DNA of 64,000 nucleotides from Narcine bancroftii (lineage: Eukaryota): positions 4,278,001 to 4,342,000 of the forward strand of contig NC_091475.1 of NCBI RefSeq assembly GCF_036971445.1, given 5' to 3'. The translations under genes were made by a program, and so were the position numbers. Under the pieces are notes generated by a model that worked only from the letters and a program-made list of their open reading frames with translations, did not search any database and was not told where the DNA came from. Shown piece after piece: positions 36,957-48,922 of this stretch (its first letter is position 1; each line of letters starts with the position of its first letter).

Positions 36957-39174
36957 CTGAAATATAAGAAAATCATGTTTTAGAAAATAACAGAGAATTA
37001 ACATAAATAGTCTATAACTTTGAACTACAATTAAAGATTTAACTTTAAAATAAAAATGTAGAAATCTGGATTAAAAACAGCAAAATAACTTGACTGGGCA
37101 TTCTCATAAAAAACATAAACATTGATCTCAATTTCATTTGTAATTTAGTTTATTTAAATAATCTTAACACCACCACCCCCCCCTCCCCCGCCATGAGTAA
37201 CATGTCCCTGCTATTTCAAATGTATAAACTTCTACCATGTCTTCCCTCAGCCACCGAAACTTCATATAAAATAAATTTCTCCAGATTCTTTTGGAGCTCA
37301 TTCTGTCTAATACAGTCAGTGTACTGATGGATCTCTTTGGTTCTCTTTCCAAACCCTACACATCCTTTCTTTGGTAGACAGTGAAGGAAAAAAAATACAT
37401 TTCAGATGTGCAAAGAGTTGTTTAAGAGGTCCCATAGAAGTTTAGGATTAGGGTAGTATGGGGAGGGGGCGGGGGGGTGGGGGGGAAGAGGCTGATAGAT
37501 GTTGGGTAAAACTGTTCTTGAACCTAGAGATGCTGGACCTCAGGCTTTTGTACCTCCTGTCTGAAGGAAGTAAAAAGAGATTGTGACCAGGTTGATGCCG
37601 ATCCTTTTTACCATGTTGGCTGCCTTGGAGAATGGCACACAATATTTTGAATGTAGCATAACCAAAGGTTTAACTTGCTGGAACATGATTTTCTTTCTCT
37701 TATACACAAGCCCTGCACAATGAAGCAGGTGTGACATATGCTTTCTTTAGCACCCTTTCTACTTGTGTGGCTACTTTTGGGGACCCATGGACTTGGTGTA
37801 TGCTTTGGGAAAACTGGGTATCACAACAATTGCAGGTTCATTCTATCGGGACAAACTAAATAGATCAAGTGATTTCTAAATATGCTTTATTCATATATAT
37901 GCAGAAGAAGCTAAGAGATATGACGTGTAACCCATGCAGATTCAACCTTGACATTAGCAAAAGGTAATTTTAAATCAACTGCTACATATTTGTGGTAAAA
38001 TAATTTGTTTTACAAAAAGAAGAAAACTGTATGATGGGGAATTTTCAATTGTCAAACTTACTAATTAGGATGGTTGAACTCTTTCATTTATATTGGTAAA
38101 AACATTTTTGTATGTGACTATAGTGGTATTAAAAATGTGTGCATCAGAGGGAGCTAATCACGGTGTGGTGGAATCTTTTGGCAAGTTCTTATGTGTGAAC
38201 ACAGAAAAGCATAAAATGCAATATTAAAAAATATACAATAGGTTTCATTTTAAATGGAAGATAGTTTTGTTAAACACAATTCAGAAAAGGTTCAGGCAGA
38301 TGTAATTATTCTGTAATCTCTATAGTCACAAGTTAAAAAGTCTGACTTCTCTGCAGCCTTCTCTGTGGAATAAAGATAATTCCAACTGAGGTTAACAGCA
38401 CAATTTTCAGGACAGAATACAATCATTTTCTCCACTTTCATTTCAGTTTCTGGAACAAATTCAGCACATACGGATGAGATTAAATTCTTTTCTCAATCTG
38501 CCAGGTCATAATTTGGCACAGTTGCAGAGCAGGTAGAGTTGTTACTTCCCAACTCCAGCAACCTGAGTGCACCCTTGATCTCTGCTGCTGTGTTTGTGGT
38601 ATTTGCACATTTTTATTGTGTCCATTTTAGTTTCAGCTGGATGCTCCAGTTGCCTCTCAAATCCCCATAACATTTCTGATTATTGGAATAATTGGCCACA
38701 GTAAATTATCCAGAGTGAATGGCAGAAACTGAGAGCAAATCATGAGCATGTGGGAAGCACAAGTTACAGGGCAAATTCTGGGAAGAATGGGATTGTTGAT
38801 CTGAAATAGTCTTGTCTATGTCACAAAGATATGAAAATCCTCTGGAATTACTTAGCAAGTGTATCTATAGGATCTAAACTGACAGAATGTGGAAGTACAT
38901 TCACCAAAAATACAGAAGTGGTTAAAAAGGCCAGTCAGCACCCCCTCACATGATCAGTTGTACACGAGCAATAAATGCTGGTTTATCATGAATTTTAATT
39001 TTTATGATTCACCTCGGTTGACGGCTCTTCTGGCCCATGAAACCCATGCTGCTTAATTACCCCAAATTAAAATCAAACTCATACGTTTTGGAGGGAGTGG
39101 AAACTTGAGCACCTGGAGGAAACCTATGCAGATCATGGGGATAAGGTACACACTCCTTACAGATAGCTCCAGAG

Positions 39175-41725
39175 GAAGGAAGCAGAAAGAAAATTTATAG
39201 ACAGGTTAGTCTGACATCAGTGGATGGGAAGATGTTGGATTCAATTGTCAAGGACGAGGTTACAGAATACTTGGAGGCACATGACAAGATAGGCTAAAGC
39301 CAGCATGGTTTCCTTCAGAGAAAATTTTGCTTGCCAAACTTATTGGAATTCTTTGAAGAGACAAGCAGACTTAATAAAGGAAATGCAGTGGATGTCATGT
39401 ACAGTGCTCCTCGACTTACGATGGCGTTAAGTTTTGATAAACACAAGGTAAGTGGAAAAATTGTAAGTTGAAAAAGAATACCGGTATCAGTGTGGGGACT
39501 GACACGGGGCTGTGGGGAGAGAGCAGGGCAATAGGTTCAGTGTGGGGACCAATACAGGGGTGTGGGGAGAGAGCGGGGTAGTGGGATAAGTGTGGGGACT
39601 GACAAGACACCGTGGGGAGAGAGAGGGGACTGACAAGACACCGTGGGGAGAGAGAGGGGCAGTGGGATTAGTTAGGAGACCAACACGGGGATCAGTGTGC
39701 AGACCGACACAGGGCTGTGTGGAGAGGGGGAATTCAGATCAGCATGGGGACCATCGAAACTTTGGAAAACCTTAAGTTGAACCATCTTAAGTAGAGGAGC
39801 ATCTGTGTTTGGATTTTTCAGAAGGCCTTTGACAAGGTGCTGTACATGAGATTCCTTAAGATTAGAGCAATGGTATTACAGGAAACTTGCTAGTGCGGGA
39901 AGAACATTGGCTGATTGGCAGAAAGCAGTGTCTGAACACAGGCATATTCTGATTGTCTGTCAGTTGCTAATGGTCTTCTGCAGGAATCAGTGTGGGGGCC
40001 GTTTCTTTTTAATTGTATATTAATGATTTATATGATGGAATGAAAGGCTATGGCCAAGTTTGCAGATGATACGAAGGAAGTGGGAGGAGCAGGTAGTGTT
40101 GAGAATGGGTAGAGAAGTGGCAAATGAAATATTAGAAAGTTTACAGACGTGCACTTTTTTAGAAAAAAATAAATGAGCAGAGTATTATCTAAATGGGAAG
40201 AAAATTGAAAATACTCAGATGCAGTGGGACCTGGGAGTCCTTGTGCGGGATAGCCTGAAGGTAAACTTGGATGTAGAGTTGGTGGTGAAGAAGGCCAATG
40301 CAATGCTGGCATTCATTTCATGAGGAATAGAATACCATATAATCATTTACATCACAGAAACAAGCCAGTTTGGCCCTACTAGTCGGTGGCAAACATCTCC
40401 CACCTATTCCCAATGACCCACTTTGGCCCATAACCCTCCACACCTCTCCCATCCATATACCTATTCAACTTTTCCTTGAATATTAACATCGATCTCACTT
40501 CTACCATCACTGCCAGAAGTTCATTCCACACCCCCACCATGAAGAAATTCCCCCTTTTACTCTCAATCCATGCCCTCTTGTTTGAATATCCCCCATTCTC
40601 AGTGGAAAAAGCCTGTGGACAGACTCTATCTGTCTCCCTTAAAATTTTGAATACCTCTAACAAATCATCTCTCAACCTTTTACGGTCCAGGGAATAAAGT
40701 CCCAGCCTGCTCAACCTTTCCCTGAAACCCCGGCAACATTCTTGTAAACCTCTTCTGCACTCTCTCTGTTTATATCCTTCCTGTGATTTGGCAACCAAAA
40801 CTGCACACAATATTCCAATTTTGGCCTCACCAATGCCTTATACAATTTCAACATAACATCCCAACTCCTGTGTTCCATACTCTGATTTATGAAAGCCAAC
40901 ATACTAAATTCTTCACCACCTAATCCACATGTGATTTAACTTTCAGAGAATTATGCACCATGACTCCTAAATTCCTTCATTCCACCACCTCTCAATTGTC
41001 TACCATTTAATGTGTATGTCCTATTTTGATTAGTCCTACCAAAATGTAGTACCTCACATTTATCAGTATTAAACTCTATCTGCCATCTTCCAGCCCACTC
41101 TTCTAACTATATCACCCTGTAAGCTTTGATAATTTTCCTCACTGTCCACAACACAATATAAGAGCAAGGATGTGATGTTGAGACTTTGTAAGACCTCACT
41201 TGGAGTACTGTGAGCAGTTTTGGACTCCTCATTTAAGAGTTCATGTGCTGACATTGTAGAGGGTTCAGAGGAGGTACACAAGGATAATTCTGGGAATGGA
41301 AGGATTATCATATGAAGAGAGTTTGACAACTCTGCTGCTACACATTGGAATTTAGGAGAATGGGGGGGCAAATTCATTGAAACATTTTGAATATTGAAAG
41401 GCATAGACATTGTAGATGTAGAAAGGTCATTTCCCATGTTGGGAGAGTATAGGACAAGAAGTCACAACCTCAAGATTGAAAGGGGTCTGCTTAGAACAGA
41501 GATACAGAGGAATTTCTTTAGCCAGAGGGTGGTAAATCTGTAATTTGTCACCATTGGCAGTTAGGAGGCCAGATTATTAGGTATATTTAAGACAGAGATT
41601 GATAGGTTTTTGATTAGCCAGGACAACAAAGGTTATGGGGAGAAGGGCAGATAGCGGGGCTGAGTGGAAATAGCACGGCAGACTCGATGGGCTGAATAGC
41701 CTATTTCTGTCCTATGATTTATAGT
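39175..41725 (+). mobile_element. CR1 LINE (+) with a nested Tigger-like MITE and a nested antisense CR1 (40336-41155)
   Basis: QHGF, LDFQKAFDKV and KFADDTK on +; IEY|KSKDVMLRL is split by a minus-strand CR1 (ORFs 40379..40810, 40711..40902). Confidence 0.85.
39402..39805. mobile_element. Tigger/pogo-like MITE carrying a G-rich minisatellite (39488-39750)
   Basis: TIRs CAGTGCTCCTCGACTTACGATGG / CCATCTTAAGTAGAGGAGCATCTG; inserted at TA in CR1 codons VDVMY|LDFQ. Confidence 0.8.
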
Positions 41726-41925
41726 CTTATTCAAACCTTTTCGCTGGTTCCATAATAGCATTGAGCTAACCATTACCTTAACCAAATGAAAGGCAAAGTA
41801 CAACTGTGAGAAATGACCAGGTGGAAATTTAGTTGATCCATAGTGGATCATTGTTATATAGTCAGGATAATTCAAACTACTTTGTAACTGTTTAAGAATA
41901 CACCCTTCTCACTGTAGTAACTGTG

Positions 41926-41946
41926 AGTGTGTGTGTGTGTGTGTGT
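41926..41946. repeat. (GT)n microsatellite
   Basis: Direct reading. Confidence 0.9.
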
Positions 41947-42129
41947 ACAGTTTCCTGAAATGGTGGAAGGCATCAGTAAATAAACTCTCTTCTGTTATTT
42001 GAATCTTGCATCTCTAAGTTATTTAAGAAGCCTCTTAAAGTAACTCAGTCATGAGTGGGAGCAAATCAACTGCCTGATTTGTTCCCCAGTGGGAAACCAG
42101 TTATCAGTTACACTGACTTCAATACAACT

Positions 42130-42800
42130 GAATATTCTGGAGTATGGATCATGTGAATCCAGAGTGAGCTGGCCAATTGGATTCAAAATTGACTTGGTGG
42201 AAGGAATCAGAGGATGATGGTGCAGGGTTGTATTTTCAGATTGCGGGGTGGTCTGTGACCAGTGTGTGCCACAGTGTTTGGTACTGGGTCGACAGTTGTC
42301 TGTCATCTATGTTAACGATCTGGATGACAACACAGTTAACATGCTCAGTAAGTTTGCGGATTACACCAAAGATAGTGGCATAGTGAATAGTGAAAAGGGT
42401 AATTTAAGATTGCAGTAGGCTAGACCAACTGGGGAAATGGCCCGAGGAGTTCCAGAAGGAATTTAACTCAGACAAGTATCAGCTGTTGTACTTTGGAAGG
42501 ACAGGACCTGCCCAATAAATCGTTTGGCTATGGAGAGTCTTATCAACCCCCCCAGGGGTCAATATAGACCACTTTGCCAACCCCTGGTGTAGAAGAATGC
42601 ATTTGGCACACTTGGCCAGACCTATTGATACAGAATTGAGGCACCATGCAGCAGCTGTACAAGATGTTGGTCAGACCACCGATGGAGTACTGTCTACAGT
42701 TCTGGTTGCCTAGCTATGGGCATTCTGTCATCCAGCTGCAAAATGTGCAGAGAAAATTTACATGGGCGCTACCAATACTGGAGGGCATGAAGCTCAAAAG
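42130..42800 (+). mobile_element. Degraded CR1 fragment
   Basis: IYVNDLDD, KFADYTK, LYKMLVRPPMEYCLQFW. Confidence 0.8.
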
Positions 42801-42914
42801 AGAGATGAGTATTTCTACTCACTGTTTTCAGCTGTATCTGTCATCTTATACTGTTAATTTACTTCAACCAAAGTCTCAATAGTCCATCACATATGTTGGT
42901 TTTTGGCAGCTTAC

Positions 42915-43226
42915 CTAGTTGTAGTACGTAGGAGAATATTTGCAGCGCATCTTCCATGCTGATTTCACAGGTATATTCCCCTGCATCTTCCTTCGATACT
43001 TGGTGCAGCGTGAGTGACGAAGAGTTCTGACTATTTATCATTTTGAATTGGTCATTCTTACAATTAGAGTTCTTATCGCCAGACTGGGGCACTGATTTAC
43101 AAATCTCTGCTAAAGGAGAGATTTTGGACTTTCTAACTTTCCAAATAATTGTCAGATTTTGATGATTATTTGTGGAATAGTTGCAGTTAATTTCAATGCC
43201 ATTCTTTTCATTTTCCTTCAATATGC
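42915..43226 (-). CDS. HHLA2: HHLA2-like exon, second IgV domain
   Basis: tttttAG|; IEINCNYS..LTIIW...SLTLHQVSKEDAGEYTCEIS...VLQL; G|GTAAGC; phase 1/1. The V-C-V order is characteristic of HHLA2 among B7 genes. Confidence 0.9.
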
Positions 43227-43974
43227 CTAAAAATTAAAATAAAGCCAAAACATTTACTGTGCAGCATAAAACCACTTCATTTTACTTTAAATATCTTTTT
43301 TTATGTTGAAGAAAAGACTAACCCCATTGTTGGTTCTGGGTGTCAGAATTCACGCAGGAAACTTGGGGAAATAGCCTTTATTCTCAAGGAGGGAAAAATA
43401 CATTATTTGGTATCTGTATAGATGGTTTGTTTGCCAGATATTTGACTAAATATGTTGTATTCCAATAAGTCTGACACATTCAGAATCAATTTATACATGT
43501 GGTGATGTTTATCTTCACATCGAAGAACCCACAGAGGCCCATGCTCAACGTGGCAGTGTCAAATACTTGGCAGCCCCAACCTTGAGGGTTGTGGGCTCTG
43601 GGGAAGCAATAGACCTGTGCAGGGAACCAGAGTGGGAGAACACCATCCAAAGTCCTTACAGCAGGCTGGAGGCAGGCACAGAGGAACCAGGTATTAGGAG
43701 CATGTTGAGGCTGAGCAGGGTTCTGGAAGGGACTTGGGTGCTGACAGCTTCATAATTGATTTGGGGTTTGGATGCCAATGGCCAGATGAGACCATCAATG
43801 ACTACCTGCTGGATCTGTGGATGCTTGCAAGAAGTTCGGCTGCAGGCCGCGTTAGTTAGGAAGAACAGATCCGGGACACTCTAGTTGTGGGGTTCCGCTC
43901 AAGATACATGAGGCAGTGACTTCTCGAGTCGGAAAAGAAGGACCTGGCTAGCCACGTTTGAACTGGCCAAATTG

Positions 43975-46900
43975 CTGGAATATTGGTATAAGACATTGGT
44001 GAGGCCAAATTTGGAATATTGTGTCCAGTTCTGGTTATCAAACTACAGGAAGGATATTAATAAGATAGAAAGAGTGCAGAGAAGAATTACTAGGATGTTG
44101 CTGGGTCTTCAGGAGTTGAGTTACAGGTTAGAATTTTATTCCTTGGAGTGTAGAAGAATGAAGGGAGATTGGATAGAGGTTTACAAAATTATGAGAGGTA
44201 TAGACAAAGCAAATGCAAGTAGGCTCTTTCCACAGATTATGAGAGATAAATACAAGAGGTCATGGCTTTAGGGTGAAAGGGGAAAGGTATAGGGGGAACT
44301 TTTTCCATCTGTTTCCATCTGATGTGGTAAATGTGGGGTCACTCTTAAGTTTTAAAACTTAACTGGATAGATAAATGGATGGGAGAGGTTTTGTAGGGTT
44401 ATGGAAAGGGTGCATGTCAGTGGGACTAGCGGTGTGATATTTGTGGCACAGACTAGAAGGGCAGAATGGCCTGTTTTCTGTGCTGTAGTGTTCTATGGTT
44501 CTAAAAATACTAGCATGGGTAGAGCAATGGCTGATCAGCAGGAAACAGAGAGTGGGAATAAAGGGATCCTCTTCTGGTTGGTTACGGTTAACAGAGATCA
44601 CAAGATAAAGGAACAGAAGTAGTCATTTTGGCCCATCAAGTCTGCTCCTCAAATCCATCCTGAGCTAAACTGCTCTTACACCTAGTTCCCAAGTTCCGGC
44701 CTTTTCCCCATATCCCTTGGTATCTTTTGATAGTAATTAGATACCTCCACGACTGTATGTGGGAATGAATTCCACAAATCCTCGACCTTCTGGGTAAAGA
44801 AATTTCTTCTCATCTCTATTTTAAGTGGGAGCCTTCTGATTCTAAGACTGTTCCCTCTTGTCCTGGACTCGTCCACCAAGGGAAACATCTTATTCTCATC
44901 TACTCGGTCCAAACCTTTCAGCATTCAAAATATTTCTATGAGATCCTCTCTCATTCTTCTATACTACAATGAATGCAGTCCAAGAGCCGCTAAACGTTCC
45001 TTATATGTAGCCCATGAAGGCCAGGAATCATCTTGGTAAATCTTCTCTGTACTCTCTCCAACATCAGTATATCCCTTCTATGATAAGGGGCCAAAACTGC
45101 GCACAGTTCTTTAAATGAGGTCTCACCAGTGCCACATAGAGCCTCATCAACACCTATTTAGTCTTATACATTATTCCTCTTGAATTCACTTTCTTTACTG
45201 CCGATCCAACCTGGTGATTAATCTTGAGGTTATCCTGCATGAGGACCCCCAAGTCCCTTTGCACTTCTGAATTTTGAATTTTCTCCCCATCCAAATAATA
45301 ATCTGCCTGTTTATTTCCTCTTCCAAAATGTACAACTGTATATTTCTCAACATTGTATCTCATCTGCCATTTCTTTGCCAACTCTCCTAACCTGTCCAAG
45401 TCTCTCTGCAACCTTTCAGTGTCTTTAACATTTCCTACTTCACCACCTATCTTGGTGTCATCTGCAAACTTTGCCACAAAACCATTCAATCCATAATCTA
45501 AATCATCAATGTACATTGTAAAAAGAGGTGGCCCCAACACTGAACCCTGAGGAACACTAGTCACTGGCAACCCACCAGACAGGATCCCTTTATTCCCACC
45601 CTTTCCTTCCTGTCTATCAGCCAATGCTCCACCCAGTCTAATATCTTCCCTGTAATTCCATGGGCTGTCATCTTATTAAACAGCCTCTTATGCGACCCTT
45701 ATCGAAGGCCTTTTGAAAATCCAAATGCACTTCATCCACAGTCTCTCCCTTGCCCACCCTACTTGAGATTTCCTCAAAAGATTCCATTAGCTTGGTCAGG
45801 CAGGACCTTCCCTTCATTAAACCTACCATGGCATGCACCTCAAGGTATTTCACAGCCTTGTCTGTGAGGATCAATTCCAATAATTTTCCAACTACCGACG
45901 TCAGACGAATAAGCCTTTAATTTCCTCTTTTCTGCCTCCCTCCTTTCCTAAACAGCAGAACTACATTTGTGACCCTCTAATCCCCCAGAACCATGCCAGA
46001 GTCTATTGGTTTCTGGAAAATCAATTCCAATGCCTCCACAGTCTCCAAAGCCACCTCCTCCAGGACCCATGGGTGCACCTCATCTGGTCTGGGAGACTTG
46101 TCTATCTTTAATCCATTCATCTTACTAAGTATTATCTCTCTATAATCTTGACTGTACAATTCTATTTTCTGAAACCTCTATCAGATATTTTGCTATTGTC
46201 TTCCTCAGTGAAGGCTGATACAAAATATTCATTTAGTTCCTTTGCCATCTCTTTGTTCCCCATTATAATTTCTCCAGCATCATTTTCAATCAGTCTATTT
46301 CCAGCTGTAACATGTAGTCCAGTTCCCAGCTGCTGTTTGGGGGCCTGAATATAACTGCCAATAGGGTCCTTTTACCCTTGCCATTTTGACTCAACCCATA
46401 AGAATTCCACCTCTTCTGACCCTATGTCCCTTCTTTCTAGTGATTTAATGTCATTGCTTACCATCACCCCCTCTACCTACCTGCCTATCTTTCCAATGCA
46501 CTGTGTACCCTTGGACATTCAGCTCCTAATCACATACATCATTAAGCGGTAATGTTCCTCAGGAGTTGGGGTTGGGTCCACTTCTATTTTCATATGTTAA
46601 TGATTTGGATTGCGGAATAAATGGCTTTGTTGGCTAAGTTTGCAGATGATCCAAAGATGGGTGGAGGAAACGGAGGGGCAGCAAATATACTTAGATTGAT
46701 TAGGTGAAAGGGCAACGGAGAAGCAATGTCACAAAGTCACTTTGGTAAAAAAAAAATGAAAGGGCAGACTATGGGGAGAAGATTCAAAATTCAGAAAGAA
46801 GAAATATTTGAATGGAAAAATGGCACAACAATGGCACTCAAGAGGAGTCCAAACTTAAGTAAAAGCAAGAGAAAGAGCATACAAGGAAGCAAAAATTAGT

Positions 46901-48360
46901 GGGAAGAGTCAGGACTGTGGAGTTTAAAAAATTATTTGGGAATCCTCATTGCAGGAAACCCTAAAGATTGCTGATGAAGAAGGCGAATGCAGTGTGTGCA
47001 TTAATAGCTCAAGAAATAAGATATAAGAGCAGGGATGTTGAGGCTTTATAATGCACTTATAAGGTCTCATTTGGAGTTCAGGGGTCAGTTTTGGGCTCCT
47101 TACTTAAGAAAGGATGTGCTGGCATTGGAGAGGGTCCAGAGAAGATTCACAAGAATGGCTCCGGGAATGAAGGAACTAACCAATCCTGAACACTCAACAT
47201 TTCCTCACTTGTCAGGAAGGCGCAGCAGCAACTACACTTCCTGAGAAGAGTGAGACGGGTAAGACTACCGGCCACCATCCTATCAACTTTCCACAGCAGC
47301 TCTATGAAGAGCATCCTGGCTAGCTGCATCACAGTGTGGTACAGTTGCTGTAGAGCATTGGATCAAAGGTCAATCCACAGAAAAGGACAATAAGAGCGAA
47401 AAAGTGAATCACTGGGGTCTCCCTTACCCCCTATCACTGTTTGAAGAGAGCTCACAAAATTGTTGAGGAGTATCAGAGCTGGAACCATTAGGCTGACAAA
47501 CAGTTTCTTCCCTCAAGTAATGTCTGCTGAATGACTGAGACTTTATTATTTATGTAACGATATTTATTTATTTTTATATATGTATCTACTCCATGCATAT
47601 GTATTGTTTTTTGTAATGTCTGAATGTGAGTTTGCATGTTTTTTGCGCCGAGGACTGGAATAAGCTGTTTCATCAGGTTGTACTTAAGAATAGGAAAATA
47701 AGAAACTTGACTATATCATAAATGTTTGATGGCTTTTTAAAAAATTATACATAGAGCACTGTTACAGGGCAATTTAACTCTACAAGTTAATGTTGCCCAT
47801 TTTACACCCAATTAACATACACCCATTTTTGAAGAAACCAGTCCCCAGAGAAAACCCACACAGACTCGGGGAGAATGTACAAAATTCTTACAGACAGCAT
47901 GGGATTTAAACCCAGGTCTGGTCCCAAATGCTGGCACTGTAATGGCATTGCGCTATCTGCTACAACGCTGGACTGTACCCATTGAAGTTCAGAAGAATGA
48001 GGGAGACATCTTGGAAGCATTTAGAATGTTCAAAGGCTAGGATGGAGCAGATGTGGAAAAGTTGTTTCCCCTGATAAGGGAGTCTATGATAGGAGGACAC
48101 AATCTTAGGATTGAAGGGCATTCATTTAAAACAGAGATGTGGAGGAAATTTGGAAATTGCTACCATGGGCAGATGTGGAGGTCAGGTCATTGGATATATG
48201 CAATGCAGAGATTGATAGGTATCAAAATAGTCAGAGCATCAAAGGTTATGGTTAGAAGGCAGGAGAATGGGGCTGAGTTGGAGAATGGATCAGCTCATGG
48301 TGGAATGGCGGAGTGAACTTGATTGGTGGAATGTCCTAGTTCTTCTCCTATATCTTATAG
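43975..48360. mobile_element. Nested CR1 cluster: + copies (43975-44500; 44505-44590/46545-47175/47975-48360), a - copy (44600-46540), a Rex1 fragment (47175-47710) and a SINE (47745-47970)
   Basis: ORFs 43972..44271, 45154..45624 (VPQGSVLGP, KFADDTK), 45668..45880 (LDFQKAFDK) and 47035..47244. Confidence 0.85.
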
Positions 48361-48519
48361 TCTTATTTAATTTACCATTGGCTTGAATGACAGAAATGTA
48401 ATTCTCAGCACTGTTTATGCATTAACTGATATCTAATTAAGTTAACCACGATCAAGAACACTTGCATTTTTAAAAAGAAAATTTGCAAGGTTTTTTGCAG
48501 TTTATGGCTTAATTGTTAC

Positions 48520-48810
48520 CTTGCATTTTCCAGGATGCACCCCAAGATTTCTGCAATCGTTCATTCCTTATGTTACACCTGTAGGTGGTGTTTGACGTAT
48601 GATCAATCTGCAAAATGCTTTGAACATTGTAAAGACCTTTGGGGTCAATAGTTTCAGTGGTGTTTGATGCTGTAATATCAGTTAGATCAGCTCCATTCTC
48701 CTTTTGCCATTTAACTGAAGGCTTTGGATAAGCACCAGTTATGGTGCAGATAATGTTGGTCTCAGCATCCAGCATGTTTGGAGGATCAAGTGTCATATTC
48801 TTACTGTCAC
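48520..48810 (-). CDS. HHLA2: HHLA2-like exon, IgC domain
   Basis: tttccAG|; IICTITGAYPKPSVKW...GLYNVQSIL...TYRCNIRN...SWGASWKMQ; G|GTAACA; phase 1/1. The terminal WxxxWxM resembles human HHLA2 WTGRWTM. Confidence 0.92.
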
Positions 48811-48922
48811 CTGGAAAGATATAATAACTCATTAAATCTTCAGACAATTTAGCTGTGCAAAATAAATACTATTTGTCTTTAAATATGCAAAAGGCAGTAA
48901 AATTCTGAAGATATTTAAAACA

